Notes under the pieces: generated by a model
What the model saw: only the letters and a program-made list of their open reading frames with translations
What the model was told of the DNA's origin: nothing
Database searches by the model: none
In this document: piece after piece, positions 46,082-55,480 of the stretch
Position numbering within the stretch: the first letter of the stretch is position 1
Layout of the letters: every line of letters starts with the position of its first letter
DNA from: Candidatus Bathyarchaeota archaeon
GTDB lineage: Archaea; Thermoproteota; Bathyarchaeia; Bathyarchaeales; Bathycorpusculaceae
Direction of reading: 5' to 3'
Length of the DNA stretch: 64,000 bases
NCBI GenBank assembly: GCA_963828195.1
Contig: CAWHDT010000005.1
Span: 364,923-428,922, forward strand
Position numbers and translations under genes: made by a program

Positions 46082-46885
46082 ATGCTTGAACAGAAACCGA
46101 AACTGGAAATCGACGCAAAATACAACCCGATCCTACAGAAAGAAGGCAATGTGCTGAAAATCAACGCAGAAGGGCTCTACTACAGAGACTTAAACTGCCT
46201 CCTAAGACAGGCAATATGCACAAGCAACCTTGAAAAAATAGAAATACACAATGTCTGCGGGCAACGATACATCGGCACCGACTTGGACACAAGCATTCAA
46301 ATTGACATTTACGGAACGCCTGGAAATGACCTTGGCGCATTCATGAATGGACCCAAACTGGTGGTGCATGGCAATGCTCAGGACGGCTGCGGCAACACCA
46401 TGAACGAGGGGCAAATAATCATCAACGGCCACGCTGGAGATGTAACGGGGAACTCGATGAGGGGCGGAAAAATCTTCGTGCGGGACTACGTCGGCTACCG
46501 AGTGGGCATCCACATGAAAGAGTACCAACGCAAAATCCCCCAAATAGTCATCGGGCACACAGCAGGCGACTTTTTGGCTGAGTACATGGCAGGCGGAATC
46601 ATGGTTATCCTGGGCTTAAACCTGAAAGAAGGCGAAAAATGCAACGCAAGATTCGTCGGCACAGGAATGCACGGCGGCGTAATCTACGAGCGAGGCGAAA
46701 TCCTGAAGCCCGTCAACGGCACAAAAACCATGAACGTGGGCAAACGCGACCTAAAAACCATTGGAGCACTGGTCAACGAATATTGCAGCCACTTCGGCGC
46801 AGACCCCAAAGAAATCCTAAACGGCAAATTCAAGAAAATACTACCCGTATCAAAAAGACCATACGAAAAACTATACTCCCACTAA
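46082..46885 (+). CDS. glutamate synthase GXGXG (beta-helix) domain protein
   Basis: Repeated G-x-G motifs: VHGNAQDGCGNTMNEGQIIINGHAGDVTGNSMRGGKIFV. Confidence 0.75.
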   Translation: MLEQKPKLEIDAKYNPILQKEGNVLKINAEGLYYRDLNCLLRQAICTSNLEKIEIHNVCGQRYIGTDLDTSIQIDIYGTPGNDLGAFMNGPKLVVHGNAQDGCGNTMNEGQIIINGHAGDVTGNSMRGGKIFVRDYVGYRVGIHMKEYQRKIPQIVIGHTAGDFLAEYMAGGIMVILGLNLKEGEKCNARFVGTGMHGGVIYERGEILKPVNGTKTMNVGKRDLKTIGALVNEYCSHFGADPKEILNGKFKKILPVSKRPYEKLYSH

Positions 46886-47033
46886 ACAACATTTCTATTT
46901 TCAATTTTTTGAAAAAAAAATCTTATTGTTCTGGTAGCGTTTTAAACTGTTATCGCTTTCAGTGTAATTTTAAATAAAGAAAAATAAGCTGTTCGCTGCA
47001 GATGAAAAATTCAAAAAACCAAAAAATAAAAGT

Positions 47034-47264
47034 TTAGTAGAGATTGCGTGCTTCTTTTCTTTTTTCTGCTTCTTCGTAGAAACGCAGAACTTCATCGATT
47101 ATTTCGACGTTTGAAAGCAGCATTCGTCTGCAGCAGTACCGTTTCAAGCCGAGGCTGTCTAGTATGTCGCTTGCGTTCTCGCCTGTCTTGATGCGCCGTG
47201 TAAACTCGTCCCATTGGTCTCCGACCAGTTTGCCGCATGTGAAGCATCTTACAGGAATAATCAT
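47034..47264 (-). CDS. rpoN: DNA-directed RNA polymerase subunit N (Rpb10)
   Basis: [15 protein letters not shown]...[12 protein letters not shown]. Confidence 0.9.
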   Translation of the reverse strand: MIIPVRCFTCGKLVGDQWDEFTRRIKTGENASDILDSLGLKRYCCRRMLLSNVEIIDEVLRFYEEAEKRKEARNLY

Positions 47265-47278
47265 TTGTTTTTTCCACC

Positions 47279-47689
47279 TTACCTGTAGCTTTTCTGTTCT
47301 TTTGATCTTGCGCCTGCTCCGCCGACCTTTTTGGTTTCTTTAGTTCGGGAGTCTCCGGCAACCATAGTTCGGTCATATTCGTAGAACACTGTGCGCAGAT
47401 GAGTGCTTTTTGTCCATTTAAGCAGTGCATTCGCAACGGCCATTCGAGCGGCTTCTGCCTGCCCCATGTATCCGCCGCCGCTGGTTTTAACATCCATGTC
47501 CAGCTGCTGCCAGACGTCTCCGCCTGCTTGCAGCAGAGGCTCCATTATTTTTGCGCGAGCGATGTCGGGTTCGTAAATTTCAACTGGAGTCATGTTTATC
47601 CGTACTTTGCCTATGCCTTGTTTAACTACGGCGCGGGCAACAGCGGTTTTTCTTTTTCCACTAACAACTAAAACTTTTTTTGCCGGCAT
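47279..47689 (-). CDS. rps9: 30S ribosomal protein S9 (uS9)
   Basis: [12 protein letters not shown]..., [19 protein letters not shown], ends KSYR. The ATG at 47689 lies just after the L13 stop. Confidence 0.9.
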   Translation of the reverse strand: MPAKKVLVVSGKRKTAVARAVVKQGIGKVRINMTPVEIYEPDIARAKIMEPLLQAGGDVWQQLDMDVKTSGGGYMGQAEAARMAVANALLKWTKSTHLRTVFYEYDRTMVAGDSRTKETKKVGGAGARSKEQKSYR

Positions 47690-47691
47690 AA

Positions 47692-48153
47692 TTATTCCAT
47701 CCTGTTTCTCCATCCGATGTCTTTTGCCAATTCGCCGAGGGTAAAATGTGGCCCCTTCAGTTTGGCTGATGAAGCTTCCTCGAACGTAATCATTTGTTGA
47801 TCTTTAAGCTCGATAGGCACACCCATGAATACCTTCAGCCTTTTGAAAGCGTTTTTGCCTTTCGGCTGCTTATAAGGAACCATACCTCTTACGATTTTTC
47901 GCAGAAAACGGTCGGGTCTTCTATAGTGGAATGGACCGCGGACTGGTGCGCCTACTTCAAGGAAGATGTGGGCTTCCAGCACCTTGGCTTTCTTTTTGCC
48001 TGAGAAAACGGCTTTTTCGGCGTTAAGGATGATTACTTCTTCTCCGTTCAGTAGTCTTTTGGCAACTTTGCTGCACATTCTGCCAACTATTAATCCTTCA
48101 GCATTCACCAATGTGACAGGAGCTTTTTTTGTTGTTGTTTGCATTTTTTTCAC
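47692..48153 (-). CDS. rpl13: 50S ribosomal protein L13 (uL13)
   Basis: Motifs LIVGRMCSKVAKRLLNGEEVIILNAEK and IVRGMVPYK. Confidence 0.9.
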   Translation of the reverse strand: MKKMQTTTKKAPVTLVNAEGLIVGRMCSKVAKRLLNGEEVIILNAEKAVFSGKKKAKVLEAHIFLEVGAPVRGPFHYRRPDRFLRKIVRGMVPYKQPKGKNAFKRLKVFMGVPIELKDQQMITFEEASSAKLKGPHFTLGELAKDIGWRNRME

Positions 48154-48512
48154 CGAATAATCTTTACGTTTGCGCCAGTTGGATTTTTCTCCAAGAGCTC
48201 AGGAATTGAAAGATATTTTGCTTTAGCAGCAACAAGCTTCGCTTTAGCTTTCTCAGAAGCACCAAACGACGCCACTGTTACCGCGTGGTTTATGCTGCCC
48301 GACCCCAAAAGTTTGCCGGGTACAACGACGACATCGCTTCTTTTAGTGTTCCTGTTTATTCTGCTCAGGTTAACAGAGATGCGTTGACTTCTTGTTTTGG
48401 ATAAATGGTCAGCTACATCTAGCCAGATGCCTACTTGTTTCTCTCTGCTTTCCTTCCTTAGAAGATGAATAAGATTGATTAATTCCGGGTTTGATGTTTT
48501 GGTTTCTCTCAT
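48150..48512 (-). CDS. rpl18e: 50S ribosomal protein L18e (eL18)
   Basis: Position in the conserved operon, plus NLSRINRNTK...VVVPGKLLGSG. Confidence 0.85.
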   Translation of the reverse strand: MRETKTSNPELINLIHLLRKESREKQVGIWLDVADHLSKTRSQRISVNLSRINRNTKRSDVVVVPGKLLGSGSINHAVTVASFGASEKAKAKLVAAKAKYLSIPELLEKNPTGANVKIIR

Positions 48513-49324
48513 TGTGGTTCAGCCTTAAATAATTCTTCAAGTTCGTTTAATTGTTTGTCTAACGTTTTGGTGGCTTCTTTAAGGATACGTTCTGGAGGAA
48601 GCGCACCTGTAGACTCAATGCTCATTACGAAAGCGTTCTTTTCCCATTCAACCTTCAGCGGCGCCGGTTTCTGTGGGCAAGCCTCAACACAGTCCATGCA
48701 GAGGTTACATGCTAACAGATCCCTGACCTCAACCGTTTCGTCTTTGTAAGTGAACACTTTCTTGGGACAAATATCCACGCATTTTCCGCATTCTTCACAT
48801 TTGCCGGTTGGAACAGTTATTTGCGGGTAATACTTGTAAGCGCACATTGAAACGGGCTGCCACTTGGCGTGAGTTTTGCCTCTTCCAAGCCGAGCGTAGG
48901 CTTCAAGTTTTAGTTTTTGATTTTTAGCCAGCTTTATTATTGGAATCTTGTCTGACACGGGGATGATTTCTGGGTTTTCTGAAACAATTTCTCCTGAATA
49001 AACTGTCCTTGTTCCTTCTTTCGCTTCAGCATCCAGCGTAAGAGTTACTCGGCATTGGGAACAGCCGAATTCGCTTTTGCATTCGCATACTTCAGGAAGA
49101 TTGTAAGCATCCAAGTCAGTTTTCAGCGGTGTTAGCCCTAGCCTGTGGGCAATTATTTCGTCCTGCAAAATGGAAGAGTTTTCTATCATGACAACTTCTT
49201 CTATTGCCATGGTGGGCACCTCAGCAAGTGCTATACGACGCAGAGCGTTCATTAAAGGAACATCCGCGTCTCTCACGCTTATGCGGAGGTTGTTATCGTT
49301 TTTTTCTAGGATTTCTATTTTCAC
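48509..49324 (-). CDS. rpoD: DNA-directed RNA polymerase subunit D (Rpb3) with Fe-S-type Cys motifs
   Basis: NALRRIALAEVPTMAIE, plus CEECGKCVDICP and CNLCMDCVEACP. Confidence 0.88.
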   Translation of the reverse strand: MKIEILEKNDNNLRISVRDADVPLMNALRRIALAEVPTMAIEEVVMIENSSILQDEIIAHRLGLTPLKTDLDAYNLPEVCECKSEFGCSQCRVTLTLDAEAKEGTRTVYSGEIVSENPEIIPVSDKIPIIKLAKNQKLKLEAYARLGRGKTHAKWQPVSMCAYKYYPQITVPTGKCEECGKCVDICPKKVFTYKDETVEVRDLLACNLCMDCVEACPQKPAPLKVEWEKNAFVMSIESTGALPPERILKEATKTLDKQLNELEELFKAEPQ

Positions 49325-49408
49325 TTGCTAAGCACTCCAATAATGCGTTCAATAAAGATATTGGTGCATTATTTCAATTTTTCTGTTAATAAAGAAGGGA
49401 AATTGAGA

Positions 49409-49816
49409 TTAGACTCTTCTTCCTCTTCTGCCACCAGGCCTTCTGGTGCCGTCGTGGGGAATAGGTGTAACTTCTTCGATACGTTCAATGCGGAAACCGA
49501 ACCTTGCCAACGCACGTATAGCTGCCTGAGCACCTGGCCCTGGAGTTCTTGGTCCTGAACCGCCTGGCGCTCGTACCTTAATGTGGATAGCTGTTATTCC
49601 TTTATCCCGAGCGACTTCAGCCGCGCCGGTTGCAGCGCGCATAGCAGCGTAGGGGGATGATTCCATGCGGTCTGCCTTCACGAACATGCCGCCGCTTGTT
49701 CTTGCGATTGTTTCTGCGCCTGAAATGTCAGTTATGTGGATTAACGTGTTGTTGTAGGAGCTGAATATGTGGACTATTGCCCATTTCTCGTTTCGTTTGC
49801 TGTTGGCGTTGCTCAA
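49409..49816 (-). CDS. rps11: 30S ribosomal protein S11 (uS11)
   Basis: [17 protein letters not shown]...[14 protein letters not shown]. Confidence 0.9.
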   Translation of the reverse strand: MSNANSKRNEKWAIVHIFSSYNNTLIHITDISGAETIARTSGGMFVKADRMESSPYAAMRAATGAAEVARDKGITAIHIKVRAPGGSGPRTPGPGAQAAIRALARFGFRIERIEEVTPIPHDGTRRPGGRRGRRV

Positions 49817-50406
49817 AATCTGCCGCCTCTTCCGCCGCCTCTTCTTCCGCCTCTGGCAGGCTGCCTAATTTCTGGTTGTTTAGCTACGACTGATAATCCT
49901 GCGCGTAGTGCGTGGGCTTGGTTTGCAATTGCGCTCTCTGGGGAATAGATAACTTTTGTTTCATCTGCCTTGGGCAGTATGTAGCCTGGGATTGTTACGC
50001 GGCGTCCATCGATAGTTATGTGTCCATGAGTTATTAGTTGACGCGATTGAAAAACGGTTCGTGCTAAGCCTTTGCGGAAAACAACTGTTTGAAGCCTGCG
50101 CTCCAGGATGTCCTCGATTGTTAAGTCTAAAACGTTGTCTAACACGGCTGTTTCTTGCAGGATACCGAGTTTTTTAAGCTTGGCAAGCTGTTCGTTCTCC
50201 ATTTTTGCGCGTTCTTCAGCAGTCTTGCTGATAAGTGAACGTGCGATGCCTCTGGTTTTTGACAGCGTGGTTTTAAGACGCCAGAGTTCATGCTTGTTTC
50301 TTAAGCCATATAGCCCTACAAGCTTGAGTTCTTCTTGAAGGATGTCTTTGCGCCATCGAAAACGGGGAGTATCAAATTTCTTACGCTGCTTCTTTGGATC
50401 GCCCAA
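49813..50406 (-). CDS. rps4: 30S ribosomal protein S4 (uS4)
   Basis: [15 protein letters not shown]..., an S4 domain ([34 protein letters not shown]), and a Gly/Arg tail. Confidence 0.9.
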   Translation of the reverse strand: MGDPKKQRKKFDTPRFRWRKDILQEELKLVGLYGLRNKHELWRLKTTLSKTRGIARSLISKTAEERAKMENEQLAKLKKLGILQETAVLDNVLDLTIEDILERRLQTVVFRKGLARTVFQSRQLITHGHITIDGRRVTIPGYILPKADETKVIYSPESAIANQAHALRAGLSVVAKQPEIRQPARGGRRGGGRGGRF

Positions 50407-50408
50407 GC

Positions 50409-50900
50409 TTATTTGCCTCCTTCAGCGGCTGGTGCTCCACCAGGCTTCTGCAACAGACTCTTCTTTTTGACACCTAAAGCTTTGCCAGCTCGCCCAGTGG
50501 TTTTTGTGTGTTGCCCACGGACTTTGAGGCTGTAAGCGTGGCGGTATCCTCGCCAAGACCTGATGTTTTTAGCTTCGTCAATATCCTGTTTTGTTCTTAA
50601 AGCTAGGTCAGCGCTTAAAAGATGCATGTCTTTTCCTGTTTCCGAGTCTTTTCGCCTGTTAAAAAGCCAAGTTGGCAGGCCATATTTTACTGGATCTTTA
50701 ATAACATCCTCAATTTTTGATAAATCTGACTCAGTTAACAAGCCCACTCTCAGATCTGGGTTAACGCCTGCCTTTTTCAAGATGGCGTTTGAGAGGCTCA
50801 TGCTGACGCCTTTTATTTGTGCGACAGCGTAAGAAGTCTTAAGGGTACCCTGAACGTCGGTGCCCATAATACGAAGTATATAGCGATATTCCTGTGACAT
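50409..50900 (-). CDS. rps13: 30S ribosomal protein S13 (uS13)
   Basis: RIMGTDVQG...[23 protein letters not shown]. Confidence 0.9.
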   Translation of the reverse strand: MSQEYRYILRIMGTDVQGTLKTSYAVAQIKGVSMSLSNAILKKAGVNPDLRVGLLTESDLSKIEDVIKDPVKYGLPTWLFNRRKDSETGKDMHLLSADLALRTKQDIDEAKNIRSWRGYRHAYSLKVRGQHTKTTGRAGKALGVKKKSLLQKPGGAPAAEGGK

Positions 50901-51529
50901 ATTAAATTTTCATCCGTTTTTTCTTAAAGCATATACGAAATGAGCCAGTGTTTATTTAAACCTTACTTTCACAAGACATTCGTTTAACTACCAGTTTAAA
51001 CCCAAAAATTTTCCACCTGTATTGCGCTTGCTTGGTTTTTTCATATCATTTCACAAGCACGGGCTAGGTATGCTTATTTCTTTTTAAAACTTGCTTCTAA
51101 GTTTAGAATGGTTTGAAACATTTTTAACAGAAGCCAGTCACAAGAGGCCGATGTATTGAAAAGCTGGAGTAGACGCCTTTCAAATGTTCTCGAGGCATCA
51201 TAGCTTCTCTGGTTGTCCTTGCTTTGCTTGTGCCCGTGCATGGTTGATAAAAACCTGATGCAAAGCAACTGATGCTTCTCCGTCTATTTTGACAGGATTT
51301 TGAGCCATCTCCTTTCCCCCCGAACTGAATCTTCTCCCTGTGTACTTACAATTTAGAATGCAATTTAAAGCAGATTTCTCTTTCACTAATATTTAAAAAA
51401 ATAGTATATTATGGTTTCAGAAGATTTGCAGCAAAGAAATCAACGATTCATTTAGTCGGGGTTTCTTGGAGCATTTTCGTTTTGACCAGCGAAACTTATA
51501 CTAATCGCGAAAAACACTGGGGCAGTTGC

Positions 51530-51787
51530 ATGTTGGATACCATAACAATAATTGGCTTAATCGCCGCGGCTTTCACTACAGTTGCGCTTTTTCCACAGTT
51601 AATGAAGGTTTGGAAAACAAAATCAACCAAAGACATCTCAACAGGCATGTTCACGCTGTACTGCGGAGGCGTGTTTTTATGGTTCGTTTATGGAGTTTAC
51701 ATTAACGATTTGCCAATTATGCTAGCGAACTCTTTAGCCTTCATCCAAGCAGTCCTAATGCTAATATTCAAAGCAAAATACAAGTAA
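51530..51787 (+). CDS. SemiSWEET / PQ-loop (MtN3) three-TM transporter
   Basis: TVALFPQLMKVWKTKSTKDIS (PQ motif) and three hydrophobic segments. The ATG at 51530 is preferred over the TTG at 51482. Confidence 0.75.
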   Translation: MLDTITIIGLIAAAFTTVALFPQLMKVWKTKSTKDISTGMFTLYCGGVFLWFVYGVYINDLPIMLANSLAFIQAVLMLIFKAKYK

Positions 51788-51789
51788 GA

Positions 51790-52515
51790 TTACCATTTAA
51801 GAAAAACTTCAAGGTCAACGCCTATGAAAGAGTCTATCTCTCTTGCAATCGAAGGATGTGGACAATCTATGCCATACCGATTCAACCAGACAGCCTTCAT
51901 ACCAACGCTAACCGCTGGCAAAACATCAGAATCCCAAGAGTCACCAACATAAACTGCTTCCGAAGCCCTAACATAAGCCCGTTTAAGAGCTACCTCAAAA
52001 ATCTCTTTGCCTGGCTTCCTGTACCCGACAGCTTCGGAAACAACGATAAAATCAATAGGCTCAGCGATCTTACATGAACGCAATTTCTCAATTTGCGGTT
52101 GCACCAGACCGTTAGTAACCACACCCAGTATAGCTTTCTTACTTAGGGTGGTCAAGAGGTCTTTCACGCCAGGAACGGGCTGACGGTTTTTCATGTACGC
52201 TTTACTGTACAAATCTGCGGCTTTCTTGGCTTCCTCCAAATCAAGGTTTATGCCATACATCTCACTTAGTTTTCTTATTCGCTGAGTTGTCGCATCAACA
52301 ATTGAGATTTTGCCATCTAAAACTCGGTCATAATCAACACTCAAAAGTTTGTCGTGTTCTCTTTCCAACTCTTCAAGAGGGGCAGTTTTTAGTTGTGGAA
52401 GCTTCTCTTGAAGCGCTGTTAAGCCTTTTTGGCAGCTGAATTTATGGTCAAATAGTGTATCGTCCAAATCAAATAAGACAGCTTTTACACGGGTATTATC
52501 TACCCAAAAATTCAT
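51790..52515 (-). CDS. HAD-superfamily hydrolase
   Basis: AVLFDLDDTLFD (DxD motif I), VVTNG (motif II) and YVGDSWDSDV (motif IV). Confidence 0.8.
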   Translation of the reverse strand: MNFWVDNTRVKAVLFDLDDTLFDHKFSCQKGLTALQEKLPQLKTAPLEELEREHDKLLSVDYDRVLDGKISIVDATTQRIRKLSEMYGINLDLEEAKKAADLYSKAYMKNRQPVPGVKDLLTTLSKKAILGVVTNGLVQPQIEKLRSCKIAEPIDFIVVSEAVGYRKPGKEIFEVALKRAYVRASEAVYVGDSWDSDVLPAVSVGMKAVWLNRYGIDCPHPSIAREIDSFIGVDLEVFLKW

Positions 52516-52781
52516 CTAAAGACACCACTTGCCAAACCTTGCTTAACCGTGGTTGTGATATCGTTTTTAAAGTCATCAAGAAATTCACTTAATTGCTGTG
52601 CATCTTTCTTGGACATGCCTTGTGCAATCACCTGTCTTTCGAATGCTCGTCTTGCTCTACGCACTTTCCAGCCGAGGGTGAAGTACGTCCATGAGAGACT
52701 AAGCGATAAACGCACAAGATAAGGCGTTGATTTCAAAGTGCCGACGACCATTTTAGCTTCAGTCATTTTTATCCACTTCAA
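52512..52781 (-). CDS. hypothetical protein
   Basis: 89-aa ORF. 4-nt overlap with the HAD gene suggests co-translation. No motif recognised. Confidence 0.4.
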   Translation of the reverse strand: MKWIKMTEAKMVVGTLKSTPYLVRLSLSLSWTYFTLGWKVRRARRAFERQVIAQGMSKKDAQQLSEFLDDFKNDITTTVKQGLASGVFR

Positions 52782-52797
52782 TAAAAAAGGGGGAGAG

Positions 52798-53115
52798 CTA
52801 CTTTTCTTCCTCTTCGGAATGCATGTGTTTTCCCCAGCCGCCTCTGCCGCCGAATTTTAGCATAGAGCCGAAGTTTGTGAATGTCTGCATGTACTCTTGG
52901 GTCAGCTTTAATGCGACGTCTTCGGGTAATCCGCCTGCTTTCAGTTCTTTATAGTAGGCTGCAGCTGCTTTGCCCATGTTGCGTCCCGCTTCTTCAGAGA
53001 ACACCGTGCTCACGATGCTTTTTATCATGGTTGGGACTTCAGTTGAGACAACGCTAAGTAGCTCCTTTAGGTTTTCAGGATCCATTTTATGGTTCTTTTT
53101 TTCTTCTTGAGACAT
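52798..53115 (-). CDS. hypothetical protein
   Basis: 105-aa ORF, first gene behind the conserved element at 53135-53186. GAGG-type RBS lies upstream. Confidence 0.45.
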   Translation of the reverse strand: MSQEEKKNHKMDPENLKELLSVVSTEVPTMIKSIVSTVFSEEAGRNMGKAAAAYYKELKAGGLPEDVALKLTQEYMQTFTNFGSMLKFGGRGGWGKHMHSEEEEK

Positions 53116-53134
53116 TTTTTTGTTTCCTCAAAAC

Positions 53135-53186
53135 CATAATAGGGTGGTCACCGAAGTTAGGTGTTCTGTGCAAAAGTGACCACGCA
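53135..53186 (-). promoter_or_regulatory. conserved inverted-repeat element, copy 1 (upstream of 52798..53115)
   Basis: GTGGTCAC 53144-51 / GTGACCAC 53176-83 separated by 24 nt. About 80% identical over ~55 nt to 53906-53955, including the spacer and the flanking CATAAT. Confidence 0.55.
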
Positions 53187-53336
53187 GCTGGTTAAATTAT
53201 AGCCAGCTTGAGACACCAGTAATCTAATTGCTTTTGATAGTTCGTTTAGTTTTTTTAATTATAAGTTAAAGGAATCGTAACAAGATGAAAAAAAAGAGGT
53301 GCCTCTATTTGCGTCATGTTTTATTGTTGCTTTTTG

Positions 53337-53852
53337 TTAACTAGGGCTAATCGCCGAGTTTTTTACTTTGATAAAGCTGTAGGTATGTTGCTTTTTCTTC
53401 TGAAGTTTAAACAGCCCTGCCTCAGTTATTTTGGAGGTTATGTCGTTTTCTTGCATGTGGTGATCGCTAAAAGACAATTGACCATTTGGCTTCAGGACTC
53501 TGTAAAATTCATTCAACGCAGCATTTTGGTCGGATAAATCATGAAAAACATCATAAAGCAAAACAACGTCCAATTTTTCGTTTTTGAGCCCGGTGGCGCA
53601 ATCCGAAAGAATCGTTTTCACGTTCTTCAACTTGTTTTTTGCCACAATTTTATTGACCATTTCGAGGGCAATTGGTATGGCATCTAAAGCGTACAGTGCA
53701 CCCGACAACCCTATGGCTCGCGAGACAGGTGACACGTAACCGCCTGGTCCGCAACCGTAATCCAGCACTTGAAACCCTGTCTTCAATCCTACTTCTTCTA
53801 TGATTTCTTGACGGGGATGGAAATGATCTCTTATTTTAAATTCTGCCGCCAT
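53337..53852 (-). CDS. class I SAM-dependent methyltransferase
   Basis: VLDYGCGPGGY (motif I), then acidic motif II and VVLLYDVFHDL. Confidence 0.8.
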   Translation of the reverse strand: MAAEFKIRDHFHPRQEIIEEVGLKTGFQVLDYGCGPGGYVSPVSRAIGLSGALYALDAIPIALEMVNKIVAKNKLKNVKTILSDCATGLKNEKLDVVLLYDVFHDLSDQNAALNEFYRVLKPNGQLSFSDHHMQENDITSKITEAGLFKLQKKKQHTYSFIKVKNSAISPS

Positions 53853-53905
53853 GAGTCTGAACCAAATATTTGACGTCTCAAATCAACTCCAATGCTCTTT
53901 GAAAA

Positions 53906-53955
53906 CATAATGGGTGGTCACCTAATTTGTGGCTTCTGCGAAAAAGTGACCAAGT
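53906..53955 (-). promoter_or_regulatory. conserved inverted-repeat element, copy 2 (upstream of 53337..53852)
   Basis: GTGGTCAC 53914-21 / GTGACCA 53946-52. It abuts the stop codon of 53955..54401. Confidence 0.55.
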
Positions 53956-54401
53956 CAGTGGGCAGCCTTGTTTGCTAATTCGTAGGTTGGAGTTTTGCCG
54001 TCTACCTTCACGAGGACACCCAGTTGATGCAGCTTCTGAACTCTCTGCCGAACTATGCGCCTGCTTGCTTTTCCCCGCATAGCGGACACCTGCCGCGTGA
54101 TGGCTGAAATGTTAAGTGCTCCCTTCACGGCTAAAGCCTGGATTACGCAGCGTGAAATTTCATCTTGCGCGATGACCCTTTGCTGCAGAAACGCTTGTGC
54201 ATCTTTTAGTCGGGCGGCGATTTTCAGCGGTTCACCGTACATGCCGACGCCTACGCGTGTAAGCCTTAACGCGGCGGTTAAGCCTTCAAACTCGGGCTTT
54301 TCCGTTATTAACTCTTCCAGCAGGTTTAGGCGGTTTAGGATCTGGTCTAGTTTTTTGCTTACTTCTTCCATGCTGTTTTCTGAGTCTGTGTTGTTGCTCA
54401 T
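53955..54401 (-). CDS. putative winged-helix transcriptional regulator
   Basis: C-terminal LNISAITRQVSAMRGKASRRIVRQRVQKLHQLGVLVKVDGKTPTYEL resembles an HTH plus wing. Confidence 0.45.
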   Translation of the reverse strand: MSNNTDSENSMEEVSKKLDQILNRLNLLEELITEKPEFEGLTAALRLTRVGVGMYGEPLKIAARLKDAQAFLQQRVIAQDEISRCVIQALAVKGALNISAITRQVSAMRGKASRRIVRQRVQKLHQLGVLVKVDGKTPTYELANKAAH

Positions 54402-54502
54402 TGGTTCTGGCTCAGCTGATTGGAGATTTGGTGCGCTTAAGTATTTAAGTTATCATCAAATTTCACTGTCAAAAACAGGTAAAGAACGGGATAACCGAAA
54501 AA

Positions 54503-54736
54503 TCAGGTTTTCTCTATTAAAGATATGACGCTGAGGGTTGAGCTTATCCAGCGTAAGTAAGCGTTTAATGTTGAGCGCAGGGCAACTGTATCCTCGGAAT
54601 CAATCGCTAACACTAAAAATAAGCCGTCTTTTTCCAGTTTAACCGTGACGCGTTTCGTTTTTGGTCCGCTGGCTTCCGGCGCCAATGCTTCAAAGATGGT
54701 GGCTGCCTGTTTGGGGGATGCAAGTTTTAAGCGGAT
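54503..54736 (-). CDS. pcc1: KEOPS subunit Pcc1; N-terminus extends beyond the TTG at 54685, start codon non-canonical or unresolved
   Basis: Family-typical motif AIDSEDTVALRSTLNAYLRWI. The frame is open to 54760 and encodes TATNAKATIRLKLASPKQAATIFEAL upstream of the track start. That stretch has no ATG/GTG/TTG (ATC at 54736). Confidence 0.65.
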   Translation of the reverse strand: MRLKLASPKQAATIFEALAPEASGPKTKRVTVKLEKDGLFLVLAIDSEDTVALRSTLNAYLRWISSTLSVISLIEKT

Positions 54737-54844
54737 TGTGGCTTTTGCGTTAGTCGCCGTTTATTATCGCCTCGGAATAATTTAGTGAAGCCCCAAGTAA
54801 TAAACAAAAGTGAAGTCAAAACCACAACTTGGCAATAACCAAGC

Positions 54845-54977
54845 GGAAGAAGAAGAAGAAAAATTGTTTTCACCAGCTTCTTCTTCTTTTAAAAATAATT
54901 TTTTAGATGGCTGCATTAAATCCGGGTTCTTTAGAAGAACAACATTTGAATTTTAGGTGTTGTTGTTCTTTCAAAAA
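54845..54977 (+). repeat. hairpin repeat family, copy B (module 1 at 54845-54895, 37-nt spacer, module 2 at 54933-54977)
   Basis: See copy A. Module 1 is identical and module 2 differs at 2 loop positions. Confidence 0.85.
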
Positions 54978-55138
54978 AAAGTTCTCCAAAGCCGTTCACC
55001 CCAAAGATTCAAACCCCAAACCAAAAAAACAACCCAAAACAAGCTCTGAACGTTAATTCGCTACCCTATAGACCTACCTACTATTTGTGCAAAAAAACGC
55101 CACAAAAAAGCATAAACAAAAAATTAAAAAGGAAAAGT

Positions 55139-55480
55139 TTAGTCGGTTTCTTCTTCAGCTACCGATTCAGCAGCTTCAGCTTTCGCCGCTTCTTTTGCAA
55201 CTTCTTCCACTGGCAAACCTTTAGCTGCACGTTTCGCAACTACACCCAGCTTGGTTGTTGGGGTGTAAGCTCCGCCTGAAAAAGTGAAGCTGCATTTGTT
55301 GCATTTCCAGATTCCGACGCTTTCACGTCTAACTCGGACGAAGCCGCAGCTTGGGCATTTGTGTGGTCTTTTGAGTTCGGTGATTACTTTGATGTAGCGT
55401 TTCCTAACTGTGGCACCGTAACGTGGACCGAAACCTCTTGTTGGACCGACCTTTTTTGTTCTGGGCAATTTTTTCACCAA
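55139..55480 (-). CDS. rpl37ae: 50S ribosomal protein L37Ae (eL43) with Ala/Glu-rich C-terminal tail
   Basis: FGPRYGATVRKRY...HKCPSCGF..VRRESVGIWKCNKCSFTFSGGAY (zinc ribbon). Confidence 0.88.
   Translation of the reverse strand: MVKKLPRTKKVGPTRGFGPRYGATVRKRYIKVITELKRPHKCPSCGFVRVRRESVGIWKCNKCSFTFSGGAYTPTTKLGVVAKRAAKGLPVEEVAKEAAKAEAAESVAEEETD

Noticed and set aside
46639-46977. Arg-rich 112-aa ORF overlapping the 3' end of the GXGXG-domain gene.
   Set aside because: It is an alternative frame of a well-supported gene. Its extreme R/K/N composition is typical of out-of-frame translation.
51074-51386. Small minus-strand ORFs between rps13 and the SemiSWEET gene.
   Set aside because: They are short and mutually overlapping, with no RBS or motif support. 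The region is more likely the promoter or leader of the r-protein operon.
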